DNA of 60,250 bases, filler included, from Sphacelaria rigidula (lineage: Eukaryota): assembly GCA_964200075.2 (NCBI GenBank). It is 6 parts of 6 records of this genome, joined end to end, with 100 filler letters (N's around TTAATTAATTAA, not from the genome) between each part and the next. Parts side by side here need not be neighbours in the genome. Positions count along the whole stretch, not along the records: positions 20,119 to 30,076 come from CAXNAA020007417.1; positions 30,177 to 40,134 come from CAXNAA020007418.1; 4 more parts are not named here. One strand, written 5' to 3'. Positions 25,829 to 37,599 of the stretch are shown piece by piece (the stretch's first letter is position 1; every line of letters begins with the position of its first letter). The position numbers were made by a program, and so were the translations under genes. The notes beneath the pieces are model-generated. The model ran no database searches, was not told the origin of the DNA, and was given only the letters and a program-made list of their open reading frames with translations.

Positions 25829-27846
25829 CTTGCTGTCTTCACCGAACTTCGCTTGCCGCGAGCTCGACTCGCTTCTCCGCCTTTTGGCCTACGGTGTCGG
25901 TCCTCGCCGGGGGCCTCGACAGCTACCGGTCCAGCGGAGTGCCCTGACTTCCTCGAAGGCACAGACCGGCCTCGACCAGTCCCCCGCGACTCTCTTTCCC
26001 CACTCTTCTGCAAGACGTCGGATGTACGCCTACGTCTGCCGATCCCTTGGTGCGTACTCCTGTCGCCCTCATTGACGGAGAGTTCCTTGTCCTCCGAACC
26101 CGCGTGCTCCCCGTCGACCGCTGCCGCCACCGCCTTGACCGGCATTGCTGCAGCACCTCCAACCCCCTCCATCCCATGCGAAGCAACGCTACGCATGCGC
26201 GTGGTCGAGTGGGCGGATAACGCCGACGTGTTGGCGGCCGATGCTGTGAGGGCTCCATTCCCGTTTACTTTACGCCTTGGTGTTGGGCAAGGAGACTCCT
26301 CCGTGCGCGCGCCGCCCCGTGAATTATCACCCATGCGTACATCCTGCCGTCGCTTCGGTGCGCTGACGTTGTTGGCGCCTGCGGTTCCATCACTATTCTG
26401 CCCCACAACGAAATCCACAAATTGTACGCGCGCATCATCGTTCCTCAGGGATCGAGTTGCCATCGCACCGATTCCGCCGTTGTTTACATATGCACCGATG
26501 ACAGTGATAGACTCTCGTTCCAGGGCTTCGTCGTCATCCTCTTCATCGTCTTCCCCGTCATAGTCTTCGCCGGAACCGCCTAAACTAAAACCCGACGTCT
26601 CCAGGAGAACCGCGCTGGCACATCTGGGGGTCGACGGCACGGCCGTGCGATTCCCGTTTCGAGGCCAGCGCGGGGTTGTCACGACCGGAAATTGCGCCGA
26701 AGATTGCGGCAACTCAGACGTCCTGCCCGGCATCGACATGGTGGACCAGGCTGATACCGTCGAGTGGGTCGGGCTCGGCACGTCTGGTCCTTCCTGGCCA
26801 TTTTCTGCAGCGATCTGTTCGTGTTCTTCCCCACTCTCGCCCCCCTCGCTGCGCGCGGATTGCGAGGACAGCTGCCGATGATGTTTGCTAACGCTTGAGG
26901 ATCTTCCGCGGGAGCCGTTGGAGTGCCAACTGCGCGACATAGCTTGAACCGAGCCCACCTCGCCGCCGTGAGCGCGCTGTTTTCGGGCGGTACGCGGAAG
27001 CCGCGGCGCCCTCCCATTTTCGCTCGCGGCATAACGCACTTTATCGGGTTTGGACACACCGGAGCGAGTCTTCCCCCCGTTGGTGGACGCCCGTCCGGGG
27101 CTATCACCGCCGCCACCATTATCGTCATCACGGTCCTTGCGAGTCAACCAATGCTTGCCCAGGGATCTCAACAGCTTCGCTGTGCGAGTCTTGGTGCCCA
27201 TGCTCGTCACCGATCCGTTGGGACTCTCGCACGCGGAGCTGCAGCCCGTTGTCGTCGCAAAAACCGACGATGTGGGAGGAGCGAGCTGCAGCCCGTTGTA
27301 GACACCCGAGGACCTCGCAGAAGCCGGCGAATCTCCTGGCGTCAACCCTCCGGTTCGATCCGATGAAGGAATCGACCTGTTAGACTCTCCCGCGAAAACA
27401 ACACTGGGACCGTCATCGCCAAAGGCTGCTAGGCCATGCTCACCCTCGACATTTCCCGAGCTCTTGTCCATTTTGTGTGCCGACGAAGAGAGGCGAGACG
27501 GAGCGCCGACACTGCCCGGGAACGAGTCTGACCTGGCGCGCACGTGCGACGATTCGTGCGCGGCCGACCTGGACCGCGACGACTCAAGCCACTCAGCATC
27601 GTCGTCAGGCTGCGGCAGGGCAAGGTCGATGCGCGCCGAGACAGCGGCGCCAGCGGGGCCCGTGCCATTGCGGTGGGGTCGGCCATGCGGCGACGGCGTT
27701 TTAAGCCGCTTGACGCGGGTGCCGGAAATTGCAGCCGAGCGCCGCATGTTTGCGAGCGGGCCGGCCGCGCGCAGCGTTTCCTCGCGCACCAGCACCGTCC
27801 GAGGGATAACGATCAGCAAGACGACGTGGAAGAGATCCCTCCACGC
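25829..27846 (-). CDS. Globin-fusion protein, exon with globin H helix then ~650 aa S/G/R-rich disordered region
   Basis: Begins AWRDLFHVVLLIVIP (H helix) after an AAG acceptor; GTGAGG donor at 25828. Confidence 0.75.
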
Positions 27847-28133
27847 CTTGCGATGAAATTCGTTGGGCCGGAACAGAAGGAGGAAAGAGGAGGGAGGGGC
27901 GGGGAGGGGATACTGAGGTACATTGATCTCATGTACATGATTCAAGGCAGAGGCACAAAACAAAAAAGAGAGGAGCAGTTACAAATACCTCCTGGTGCCA
28001 GCTTTACAAGCAAAAAGTAGTCCGCGAAAAAGAGCGAAACGAACCACAGAAACAGAAGGCAAATCTTGCGGCGTTTTTTTTGCTGCTACTGCTGCTGCTG
28101 CTGTACGTTCGTGTCTCGTATTTTTCCCTTCAC

Positions 28134-28213
28134 CTGCATAACATCAGCGTCCACCTCCTCTTCGTTCGTTGCTACGCGAAGAGCGTGCTCAAGCGCCACA
28201 CCAGCGGAAAAAT
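28134..28213 (-). CDS. Globin-fusion protein, G-helix exon
   Basis: (Y)FSAGVALEHALRVATNEEEVDADVMQ; phase 1 in, phase 0 out, matching both neighbours. Confidence 0.75.
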
Positions 28214-28893
28214 CTTGAGGGGGGAACAAGTCACCACCAGGAGGCGTCGACGGCAACAGAAAAGAAGAGTAGGGGGGAGCAGGGATTCCCAACACGACAC
28301 GAAATAGTCCCATGGGAATACGGGAGACGGAACGAATCAGTGCTGTAGCTTAGGATTCAATAACAAGAGCCCCAAAAATGCACCAAGCAGGCGGAAGCAA
28401 CAGGAAAGGACAGAAGGCAACGCAGCAGCATGCTGCCGACGACAAAAAAAATCGGAGCGCACAAAGCTGTATCGTATGTACAGCGGCTCGGGAGAGCTTC
28501 CCGCATTGGGGTAACGTTTGAACACAAAACACGTAAACGCGGGTGACGACCAACGGCCGACAGCATTCAAGGCTGTTCCCCCGATGTACATGTAGAGCAA
28601 GGTACAGACAGAGCTGGTACAAACAAAGCCTCTAATTATGGCACTCCACCCTTTACTGTCTGTAAGTACACAGCTTCGAGCGGCGTTTCTGTGTCTCTCA
28701 GCGGTACCGCAAAAGCTCTAGAGAACAATACAGATACAACGAAAAGACTTGCTATCGAAGACGCTATTCTTCTTGTATTTTGCCTATGTACAGATACAAC
28801 TGATGGACACACACACATACACACACAGCCGCCATCTATATCACCGACCAACCGCAAGATGTAAACAACCGCGCCACAACGTCGGGAACTTAC

Positions 28894-28996
28894 AGTGAGA
28901 TGGAAGACAGCCGTAGCGAACGTGTCGGTCAGCCAGATCCTCCAGTCTGCTCACGAGATCTTCGTTAACCTCAAGGTTACACAGCGCCGACATCAT
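28894..28996 (-). CDS. Globin-fusion protein, E/F-helix exon with proximal His F8
   Basis: MMSALCNLEVNEDLVSRLEDLADRHVRYGCLPSH; CAG acceptor, GTAAGT donor. Confidence 0.8.
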
Positions 28997-29107
28997 CTGC
29001 AAGATGATTCCCCACCCCACATAGGACAAGTCGTTCCACCATTGCATGGCAATCAGCATGGACAAATTGATCATTCATCACTTGATTGGTTGATTATCGC
29101 ACACTAC

Positions 29108-29168
29108 CTTATCCTCGAGGGACCAGCCGTGGAACAGAAAATTTTCGGAATGTTTATAGTCGTGATGA
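29108..29168 (-). CDS. Globin-fusion protein, exon with putative distal His E7
   Basis: HHDYKHSENFLFHGWSLEDK; GTAGTG donor, phase 0; A-C helix exons not identified. Confidence 0.6.
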
Positions 29169-30076
29169 CTTGCGTCGGGATGGCGAAGAGGGGAACGGGG
29201 TGAAGCGTACACTACTTGCTGACCACAGCCCCATAGAACACATGACAAAAAAAGGAGGGAAATTCAATAACAGACTAAACACGTTCGACGCTGTTCTGGT
29301 AATCTTGGTAAAAGAGGAATACGTGAGTCTTGTGGGTTAAATAACTCGTTATTTGTATGAGAGAATGCTCAACGTACGTGAGGAAGTATAGATGGAAGCA
29401 GAAACGTCCACGAGTACAGCGTCAGAACATCGATGACTTGCAAGTGCACACTTGAGAGATCGATCAACCTTTATACTTTTTACTCGGTAGCGCCGTGGTA
29501 GCTTGACAAAAAAAAAAAAATCAAAATGTATGCGACATAAAAAACGGGAGTACCATCGGGCAGGTTGAGTGCACGGTACACAAAACAACCGTCTCACATC
29601 CAACTGTAAAAAACCTTGAGTTCAATATACGCTTGCAAGATCATGATCATTTCGGAGCCATTTTTACACACATGAAAACTAGCGATTGCACTGTTCAAAT
29701 CAAGCGACAGATTTTTGCTCAAGTTATAAATATACATACAAAACGAATACATGAGGAGAAAACTGCTGCTGCCTCAAAGCCTGTAATCACGCATGCCTAT
29801 GCATGTGCCCCCACCGCCCCCCAAGGGGTTCACTCGGTCATGAATACGTACGAAATATAAATGCACGGTGCCGATTTGGCGGCAGTCAAATCAGTCAGTT
29901 GTACAAGTGCAGGAGGGGAACAAGAACGAGCCTACTGAGCAACATGAGAACAGTTCCAGATATTACTTTGTAGGAGGGTCTATATAGACTCTGTAGTCGC
30001 AGCATGCGCATGCCCACCCCGCCCCCCCACACACACGCCGGCACCCCGACGCCCCGGCAGACCTACGAGCAGCCCA

Positions 30077-30176
30077 NNNNNNNNNNNNNNNNNNNNNNNN
30101 NNNNNNNNNNNNNNNNNNNNTTAATTAATTAANNNNNNNNNNNNNNNNNNNNNNNNNNNNNNNNNNNNNNNNNNNN
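30077..30176. other. Artificial contig linker
   Basis: N44-TTAATTAATTAA-N44. Confidence 0.98.
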
Positions 30177-31379
30177 GGCAGTGTAGGGATGCGAGGTCAA
30201 TGGTCTTACGACTATGGCATGCATGATCATGAGTACACCCCTCCACGCCGGTGGACTGGGATGGATTATGCCACATTTGGGTTCAGAACCGCTCTTTTCT
30301 CGCTGCACAAAACGCGGGAGAAAAACGAAGCAGGATGGCCAGAAAAACTGTTGTATAGCATTTTTTGTTCGCCATAAGAAGCTGTATGAAGAAGTTACAT
30401 CGCGGAAGTGGCTCCGACGTGTGATTCGGAGGACCGGTGGTCACACGACCGTCCGGTTCGGTGCAGATGGTTCAGCATGAAGGATATCAACGATACGGTG
30501 ACGAAGAACATCATCCACCGTATTTTATCCGACCGCTCAGCATGATTGCCATACGGATTATTACCGTCCCTCGCAGTACGAGTCGTGGAGTCGACGCGCG
30601 TGCGTTGGCATTGCTGTGCAGCACTGGCAAAAGTCGGCTCGCATACCATGGTATCGTTCAGATTTCTCGTATTGCGTCGAAACACTCCATGAGTTGACAT
30701 CAATATTTAGCCCCACGCACTACGGTCGATTCGCTGAAGGGCGTCGCCAGACCGTTCTCTATGCAATTTTGCACCCAAGGGTGTACCGCACATCCGTGGA
30801 TCATCATTATGTACACAAGGCACGGTTCATGACTACAGCTTGGAGAAGACAACCTTGAATTGTACGGACTTGCGTGCAATCTATCTACGGGAGGGATGAC
30901 CCCAATGTTCTCTGCGGGCTGAAATCAAGACGCGAAATCTTTGTGATGGTCATCGCCCCCATCTGATACCGAGTGCTCTCTCTCGGACCCGCTGCATTCT
31001 GAATCTGACTCTCCAATCCAATTGCCGGCTAAACACTTCGACTTGCGACTGATGAGTTCAACTAATCCACCGTCACAATTGTCTCGACTGGTTGGATCTG
31101 GTCCCGGGTACGCTCCCCCTACCACCTCCTTCCCGCCGTCGCGCCAGCAAGGCGCCTCACAGTCATATTAACAGGTGCTCCTGGCGCGTTGCTCGCTCCA
31201 GTCGCCGCGCTCATTCCACATGATGCAGTCGATCCACCCTTGGCATGCTTCGACGTTGATCAACCTCTCCCGTTGTGAGATCGACCGCATGCACCGTTGT
31301 CTCGGCCGCCGGTTTCACCACTGGGGTTCGTGACGGTCGCTCGCGAGGGGGACGCGAGAAGCAAGCAGTGGCCAACCGC

Positions 31380-32420
31380 AGCTCAGCGTGCAGTTCCCCA
31401 AGCACTTGCAACTCTGGCATCTGTGTTTTCTCGCCGCCTTTTCCGGGTTGCATGAACATCTGAATGTTTGCAAGTCTCCGGATGTCTCGATGAACGTGTG
31501 ACTGGACAAGTACACGGCAATGTTTTCGCGTGCGAGCTCCACCGCCTCTCTCCTCGCCAGTTTTAAACGACCCTTGTGGTGAGTCCTCCTCACTGGTCCC
31601 ATGCCTCACCCACGTCCGCTGAAGTCCATTGTGGGCATGTCGTCTCGAAAGTTCCCCTCCCCCAGAATTCGAACACTGCGTGGGACTTACTGCCGTGTTT
31701 ACTACGGGTGTTCAAGTCTTGGAAGCAGCGGGACGGTAGGTGCTTATGGATTGTAGTGATGCACAAGCGAATCTTGTTCACGTACGACTCCAACTACTGC
31801 CCGGACAGGGTGAACACAAGTCCTGGGTCCGCGGCGACTTGCGCGAAAGCGTTTTCGTACCTGAAAAGAAAAACGTGACCAGCAGCTTTATGCTCTCATC
31901 CACATCCACCCTTAGCATCCCGTCTCAGACCACCAGTATCGCTCTTGAGAAAAGGTTTCGCGTTCGCATGGCCTCCAGAATGAAATCCTACATCTTCGGG
32001 AAAGGAATCCGGGACACAAGTGGTAAAAAGTCGCACCCGACCAACAGATACGTGAAAACGAACAGTGCCACCTTGATAGACGGTGTCAGACGTTTGTACT
32101 GCGCGTCGGGCGGCCAAGCACTCTCGCTCCCGTCCCTCCGATTTTCAATCGCACTGTCTACCCGGTTCACCGGTATGTACCGGGGGCCATCATTCACAGT
32201 GCGTTTGATAGTGACTTGCACTGCGTCTAAGTCATGCGGCGTGATGAATCCGGGGGACGTCGCCACGAGTACAATGATCCCCTGAGTCATGGGCCATTTT
32301 TTCGAGGACCTCCCGAACAACCTCCCGCAGTGTGTGATGAAATGGACTGCGGACATCTCTCATTCACCTATGCCGGGTCCAGCTACGCTGTGGATACGCA
32401 GATCAGATCCACTGGCACGA
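31380..32420 (-). pseudogene. XPG/XRN-type (PIN-fold) nuclease + Cys-rich (CXC-like) C-terminus, disrupted
   Basis: GPGIGE*EMSAVHFI (GEGE motif with a stop), LLVGCDFLP, YVNKIR...KH...VFEFW, GRG*(GW), and across frameshifts PCTC...TCK/TFRCSC...RCQSCKCLGNC. Confidence 0.7.
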
Positions 32421-34199
32421 CGCCACCAAAACAGGTGATGTTGCGAGCCACGAGTAGGAGGGTGGGAGGGCGCCGCACTCGATGCATGTGATTCTCCTGC
32501 CGCCGCTGTTCCCCCCCTCTCGCTGCCCGTCAACGCGGCACGATGCGATCGTGGAACCGCCCTAGCCCCCGCGCGTGTGCGAAGACCAGCGTTCGACGCT
32601 GTCATCGGCACGGACGCCGTCTCGCTTGATCGCCCGCTCGTCACCGCCGCGAGATAGGTCCGCGGGGCCGCCCCTGCCATACCTCTGTCGTCGAGACCAG
32701 CGTCTGCCACAGTTGCCGCCATCGGTGGCGTTGCCGCTCCTCCCTTCCCCTATCTGCTTGATGTAGCCGATGAATTTCAGCGATAGGCCGCAACCGCCAA
32801 CCCGCCGCCAGTAACACTTGCGCGTGAAGTCGCCACTGCCGTTTCCTCGCCCGTCACCCCCCATCGTAGCTCGCCCATCATCGCTGCCGCATTCCACTGA
32901 GGGACCGTACCACCCAGCCCGCTGACAACAACACCGCCACCTCCCACCGCGTCTGCCATCACCGGACGAGAGGATTGTTGTCGGCCGAGTCGATGGCGAT
33001 AGCTTCCGTGTGTTAATCTCGGACGCCCAGGTACTAGAGACTATGTAGATCGGGCATTTCCTGGGCAACTGATTCCCTACCTTTTCCCTCTGCGAGCTCC
33101 GCCGGTCGTCACGCCCCTCCACCACCCCCTCGTTTTCTGCAGCTCTACCAGCATTGACTGCGCCTGTCGCCCCAGAGTCACTGACCAGTGCAATTGCCTT
33201 GTATTTCCCGTTGGACCTGACACTCACCTCCTCTCGCACTGCGCCTCCGTTGGCGGCGTGACCCCCGACGATGACTCTCATATTTTCCATCGGTACTGCT
33301 CGTTCGAAGTCTGTCGGTCGACAACTTCTATCAACCACAGAGTCGGCATGTGTCGGGAGAGATGACAGCTGAAGTGATGTAAGTGTTGCACTACTTGTCC
33401 GGAAGACATGAAACAACGGCATATGGGCGCAAGATCTCAGTTCTCTGCTCTGTTGATCATTTCGAGAGTCGTAGTCGGGGTTTCTTGTACACGTATATTA
33501 TCCACGCATGCAGGCGTCCCGCGTTTCGTTCGAAATCCACGATCATCACCTCTGATAGTTCGCAGGGTATTACTAGAAGAGTGAACTGGCGATGCTGTTA
33601 CCTCGGGATCGGTCTTGGTGCTGTATGTGATGCTTGGACTGCCCCGGCCGGCGTCTACGCAGGCAGCCGGCCATTGCACCCCGGGAGTGAGCCCTGAGGA
33701 TCTTCCAGATTTGCCGCGAATGTTTGTCCAAGGGGGTGGTCGGGTGAAGGATTGAACAAAAGTGCTTTAGCTTGAGCGTATCATCCACCCTACCGTTCTC
33801 ATGCTTCACCTATGGCGATGGAGGCGTATTTACTCTATCGTATCTGACGGTTGTAGCGTGCGATTGTGACACTGTAGAAGCGTTGAAACTGATAACTCGA
33901 AATCTATGCCCATGTCAACTCCGTCGATCTCTCTTCACGTCGGGTTAATTTGAACCCGGATAACAGATTCCCAACTTGCACTCCTTCTCACCCTAGGGGT
34001 ACCAAGAGCAAGTTTCATATCCGTTCGTGCACAAAACAATCCCCAGAATTACACGTCAATCGCCCCCGCGGTTTGCAGGAGTTGATTGAAGTAGGCTTTG
34101 ATCAGACCGCCATATATAGACTACTACTGTACATGGCGTTTTCTTCTTGCTGCCGAGGCACTTCAGCACCACGCTTTATACTTCGCTGACAACACAATA

Positions 34200-34320
34200 C
34201 TCTGTACTACATTGAACTTTACTGTACTGTACTGTACTGTACTGTACTGTATTGTACTGACTGTACTGTACTGTGGTGTGCTGAGGTCGGGTGTACTGTT
34301 TGTACAGTACACGGCAGTCC
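34200..34320. repeat. (CTGTA)n microsatellite
   Basis: Repeated ACTGT units. Confidence 0.9.
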
Positions 34321-35510
34321 AGAGGGCCCATGTACTGGTGCGGAGCAAAATTTAAACTTTTTAAGACTTCAGCCAACTCCTTTAATCTGCGGCATGGATA
34401 AAGTTTAGCCCAAGCATCTCCTATGGAAACATCAATATCTGTGGATGTTGAAAACCTCCACCGTGTCTCTGCCAGTGGCGTCATGCGAGTGCGGTGCTCT
34501 GCCATGATACCGGAGGACAAGATTCATGCGGGGGGGGTGATGCTCACCCCAGGCCGCATGGATTCTGCGACTACTCGTCGAAGACAGAACTGTTATCGGT
34601 GCGATTCGCGATAGGAACTGCGTGTCTATATCTCAACATACCTCGATCATCTTCGCGCCCACTCCTTCCACCTGGGCGATGCTGTGTGGTCCGATGCTGC
34701 ACACATAGGGTGCACGGAACCTCGGTGCGAAATCGGGATATGTGTCACCATCCACCGTTTCTCGTGGAGGCGGCTATTTCGCTACAGAAAATAAATCCCC
34801 CGCGAAGCACTGCACAACAGTAGTCCGTAGTAGAAGTGTGCGATAGTCCGCAATAGAAAAGTTATTCAATCATCAGCTCTCGTACTAAGAAGGACGTGCC
34901 GGCGCTATCATCTGGAGCGATATCCTGTGCTACCGAGTTCCCCCCCCCAGAACGACTGACATTTGTGGCAGGGGGATGTGAAAATTGTACACTCAGTCGC
35001 TGCGTCCCATGAATGATTCAGGTCGCTCAGTACGAAGGTGTTTCTCTAAGACAAGCTCAACCGGTCGTGTCTCGAAAATTTCGACGATATCGCAAAGGTA
35101 TCGGACAAGTATCCGATTGTCGGTCGTTCGAAACTCTCTACCGACAGTATTCCCAACCAATCTGGTCTGCTGTTGCTCGCTCCAAGCCGTCACTCGCGGC
35201 GATTCTTCTTCACATACAGCGCATATCGTGGGCACGGTAAGCACTGCTGGTGTTGTTGTTGAGGGCAGCACCTGCGCAGTGGCCCGGTGTAGTGGAGGAG
35301 CATGGCGTAATGGAGGAGCGTGGCGATTGTGACGGGGATTGATCTCACGGAAAATAAGCTGTTCTTTCCCTGGATATTCGAGTGTGCTATTTTCGTTGGT
35401 TGTACAGGCTGTGTAATGCGTGAGAGAACCGCGTGCTTAGAGGACCGCGCCGTAGTTCAAAATACCTCAGGATCGACGTTTTTCAGAAGCAATCGGGCCA
35501 GTCCGTGACC

Positions 35511-35552
35511 ATAACCCTAACACTAACCCTAACCCTAATCCTAACCCTTACC
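35511..35552. repeat. Short interstitial telomere-like (CCCTAA)n tract
   Basis: ATAACCCTAACACTAACCCTAACCCTAATCCTAACCCTTACC. Confidence 0.75.
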
Positions 35553-37599
35553 ATAGGGATGTTCAAACACCGATGCGGTCCTCTAAGCACGCGGTCCTCT
35601 CGCGCATTACAGGCTGGTCGCGCTTCCCAATACAAAAAAAACGGCCCTGGGTTTTTCGCTCTAGGTTTGGGAGTTGGAACCTGAATTTTTGAGGAGATGT
35701 GCACATCAACGACTCGGCGGTCACTACGAAGATCTTGGATTACTTCGTTTTTGAAGGGTGAGCCCATTTGACCGGATTTCCGGAAAGGAGATCTGCCCAT
35801 ATTACGGCAGAATAACAGCAAGAAAGTGAAGATACCACTGCAACGATGGCCTTCAAAATATCGACCAACATAAGTCCTCATTGATTCAGGTCCCAACACT
35901 TGAACCTGGGGCGAAAAACCCATGATAAATATTGAGATGCCCAAGCCGAAACCCGATACCTTCAGAATTCTGCGCAACCTTTTTTTGGCCGAACTTTCGG
36001 AAGGTGATCAGTAACTTTCGAAAGGCGATCAGTGAGGAGTGACACAGCCATTGTTGTCTCGCCTCAATATCAGCAACTCGCCTATCAACGTCGAGCGCGA
36101 TAGAACGACTATTCGTGAATCTTCAGTCAGTGATGCCGCGATACAGCCCCCCACCAAAAGAGCCAAAACACCGCCATGGAGAAATGGTCACTCCCCGCTT
36201 TCAGGTGGTGGATGATGACAGATACCAGGTCTTGGAACCTTTTACGAAGACTGCGCAAGCTTACTTGTTTCGGAAAATGACCTTTTGAAATGAAATGCAG
36301 ATATCGTCGGTTTCACAAACCAGCTCCGAAAACTTATTTTGTAGAACGCGGATATAGCTCGTTTCGAAGACCAGGCCTGAACACCTCACACGTGTCTTTT
36401 GCCTCGGTCTCCACGACAATTTTCTGGGGAGCCTACCTTGGCATCACTCGAGTGTTGCAACCAACCGCCACCAACGTGTGCAGACACTAGGTCTTGTTTA
36501 GTGTTCCAGGATAGGGTGCAATCATGCAAGTACCTGGGGCTCGTTCTACGGCAGCATTTCCCCCAACTTAGCCGCATTCGTTTAACGAAGAAGTGGCCAT
36601 ACGGCGCATCAAGATGGCTGGTTTCAGAGACCAGGTCTTGCAATCCTTTATTGCGGATTGTACAGATAGCTGATTTCAGAAACCATGTCGTGAAATTTAT
36701 CAGAAAAACGATTGATCAGGACGAATAACACCACGCCTGCAAGCGCCTTACATGAAAGTTTATCTCAGTCCTCGTTGGACTTTTCTGGGGTGGGGGTACT
36801 CATAATCTTGCATGCCGTAGTTGTATGACCGTTGACCTCGCGTCCCTATAAAGCGGGGTGGAGCACGCCGGGTTTTCGCCGAACCAGGCTCGCAATCAAT
36901 CACCAAGGGTGAAGCGCTGTAATGTGTTCGGCGAGTCGCATGAAGACTGAGCTGCATCTCGCTGAAGATCGTTCGGCTTGGAGGGTACTGATTATCTCAT
37001 GTTTGAATGACAGCCTCCAATGAGTTGTTCCATTTTCTAGTATCGCCATTCCCAGCTTTCTTGGAAGGGGGCGCGGGGGGGGTCGATCAATGAGTCCTGG
37101 GTGACCGATCAGAGCGCGTTGCGCACTCCCGGCTGGCTATACCATTGTAGGTAACCTCGTTGTGAAACGTTTTGCTGCTGTTCGTCCTATCAACAGTTGT
37201 TCCGCAGACTGGAGACGCTATTCGGGGTCAAGTAGCGGCCAGGCTGTAAAAGCATGCCACGACGCGGCGTGCCATAGACAACGGCTGTTTTGGCGTTGCT
37301 ATTGCAATACTGCATTAGATATCATAAACATTGCTCACGGCGTCAACATCCCACGCGCCATGACATGGCATGTGTTGCTTGCTGTGCAAGTTGCATCGCC
37401 CAGTAGCGTTGGTTTGCTTCATCAAATGAAAGACACACTCTATCATCAACAAGCACCCGCCATGGACGAAGTAGCGCGTTCTGAGCTAGGGGGGCCTTAT
37501 ACGATATTCCAAAGGCTGCAGGTAGCGCAAACGATCAAAAGGGCACAGCCTGGCTCCAATAGTACCTAAGCTATCGCCCAGGTACTTACCTAAATGTGA

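Larger units (their letters stand above)
30184..36848 (-). mobile_element. Decayed AcademX-like DNA transposon bounded by ~60-bp imperfect TIRs
   Basis: TAGGGATGCGAGGTCAATGGTCTTACGACTATGGCATGCATGATCATGAGTAC (30184) vs reverse complement of 36796-36848 TAGGGACGCGAGGTCAACGGTCATACAACTACGGCATGCAAGATTATGAGTAC; encloses XPG + Cys-rich coding remnants; no matching TSD. Confidence 0.55.

Noticed and set aside
32000-32400. Host XRN1/FEN1 gene
   Set aside because: Intron-less, with in-frame stops, followed by a Cys cluster and enclosed by TIR-like ends; fits a transposon better
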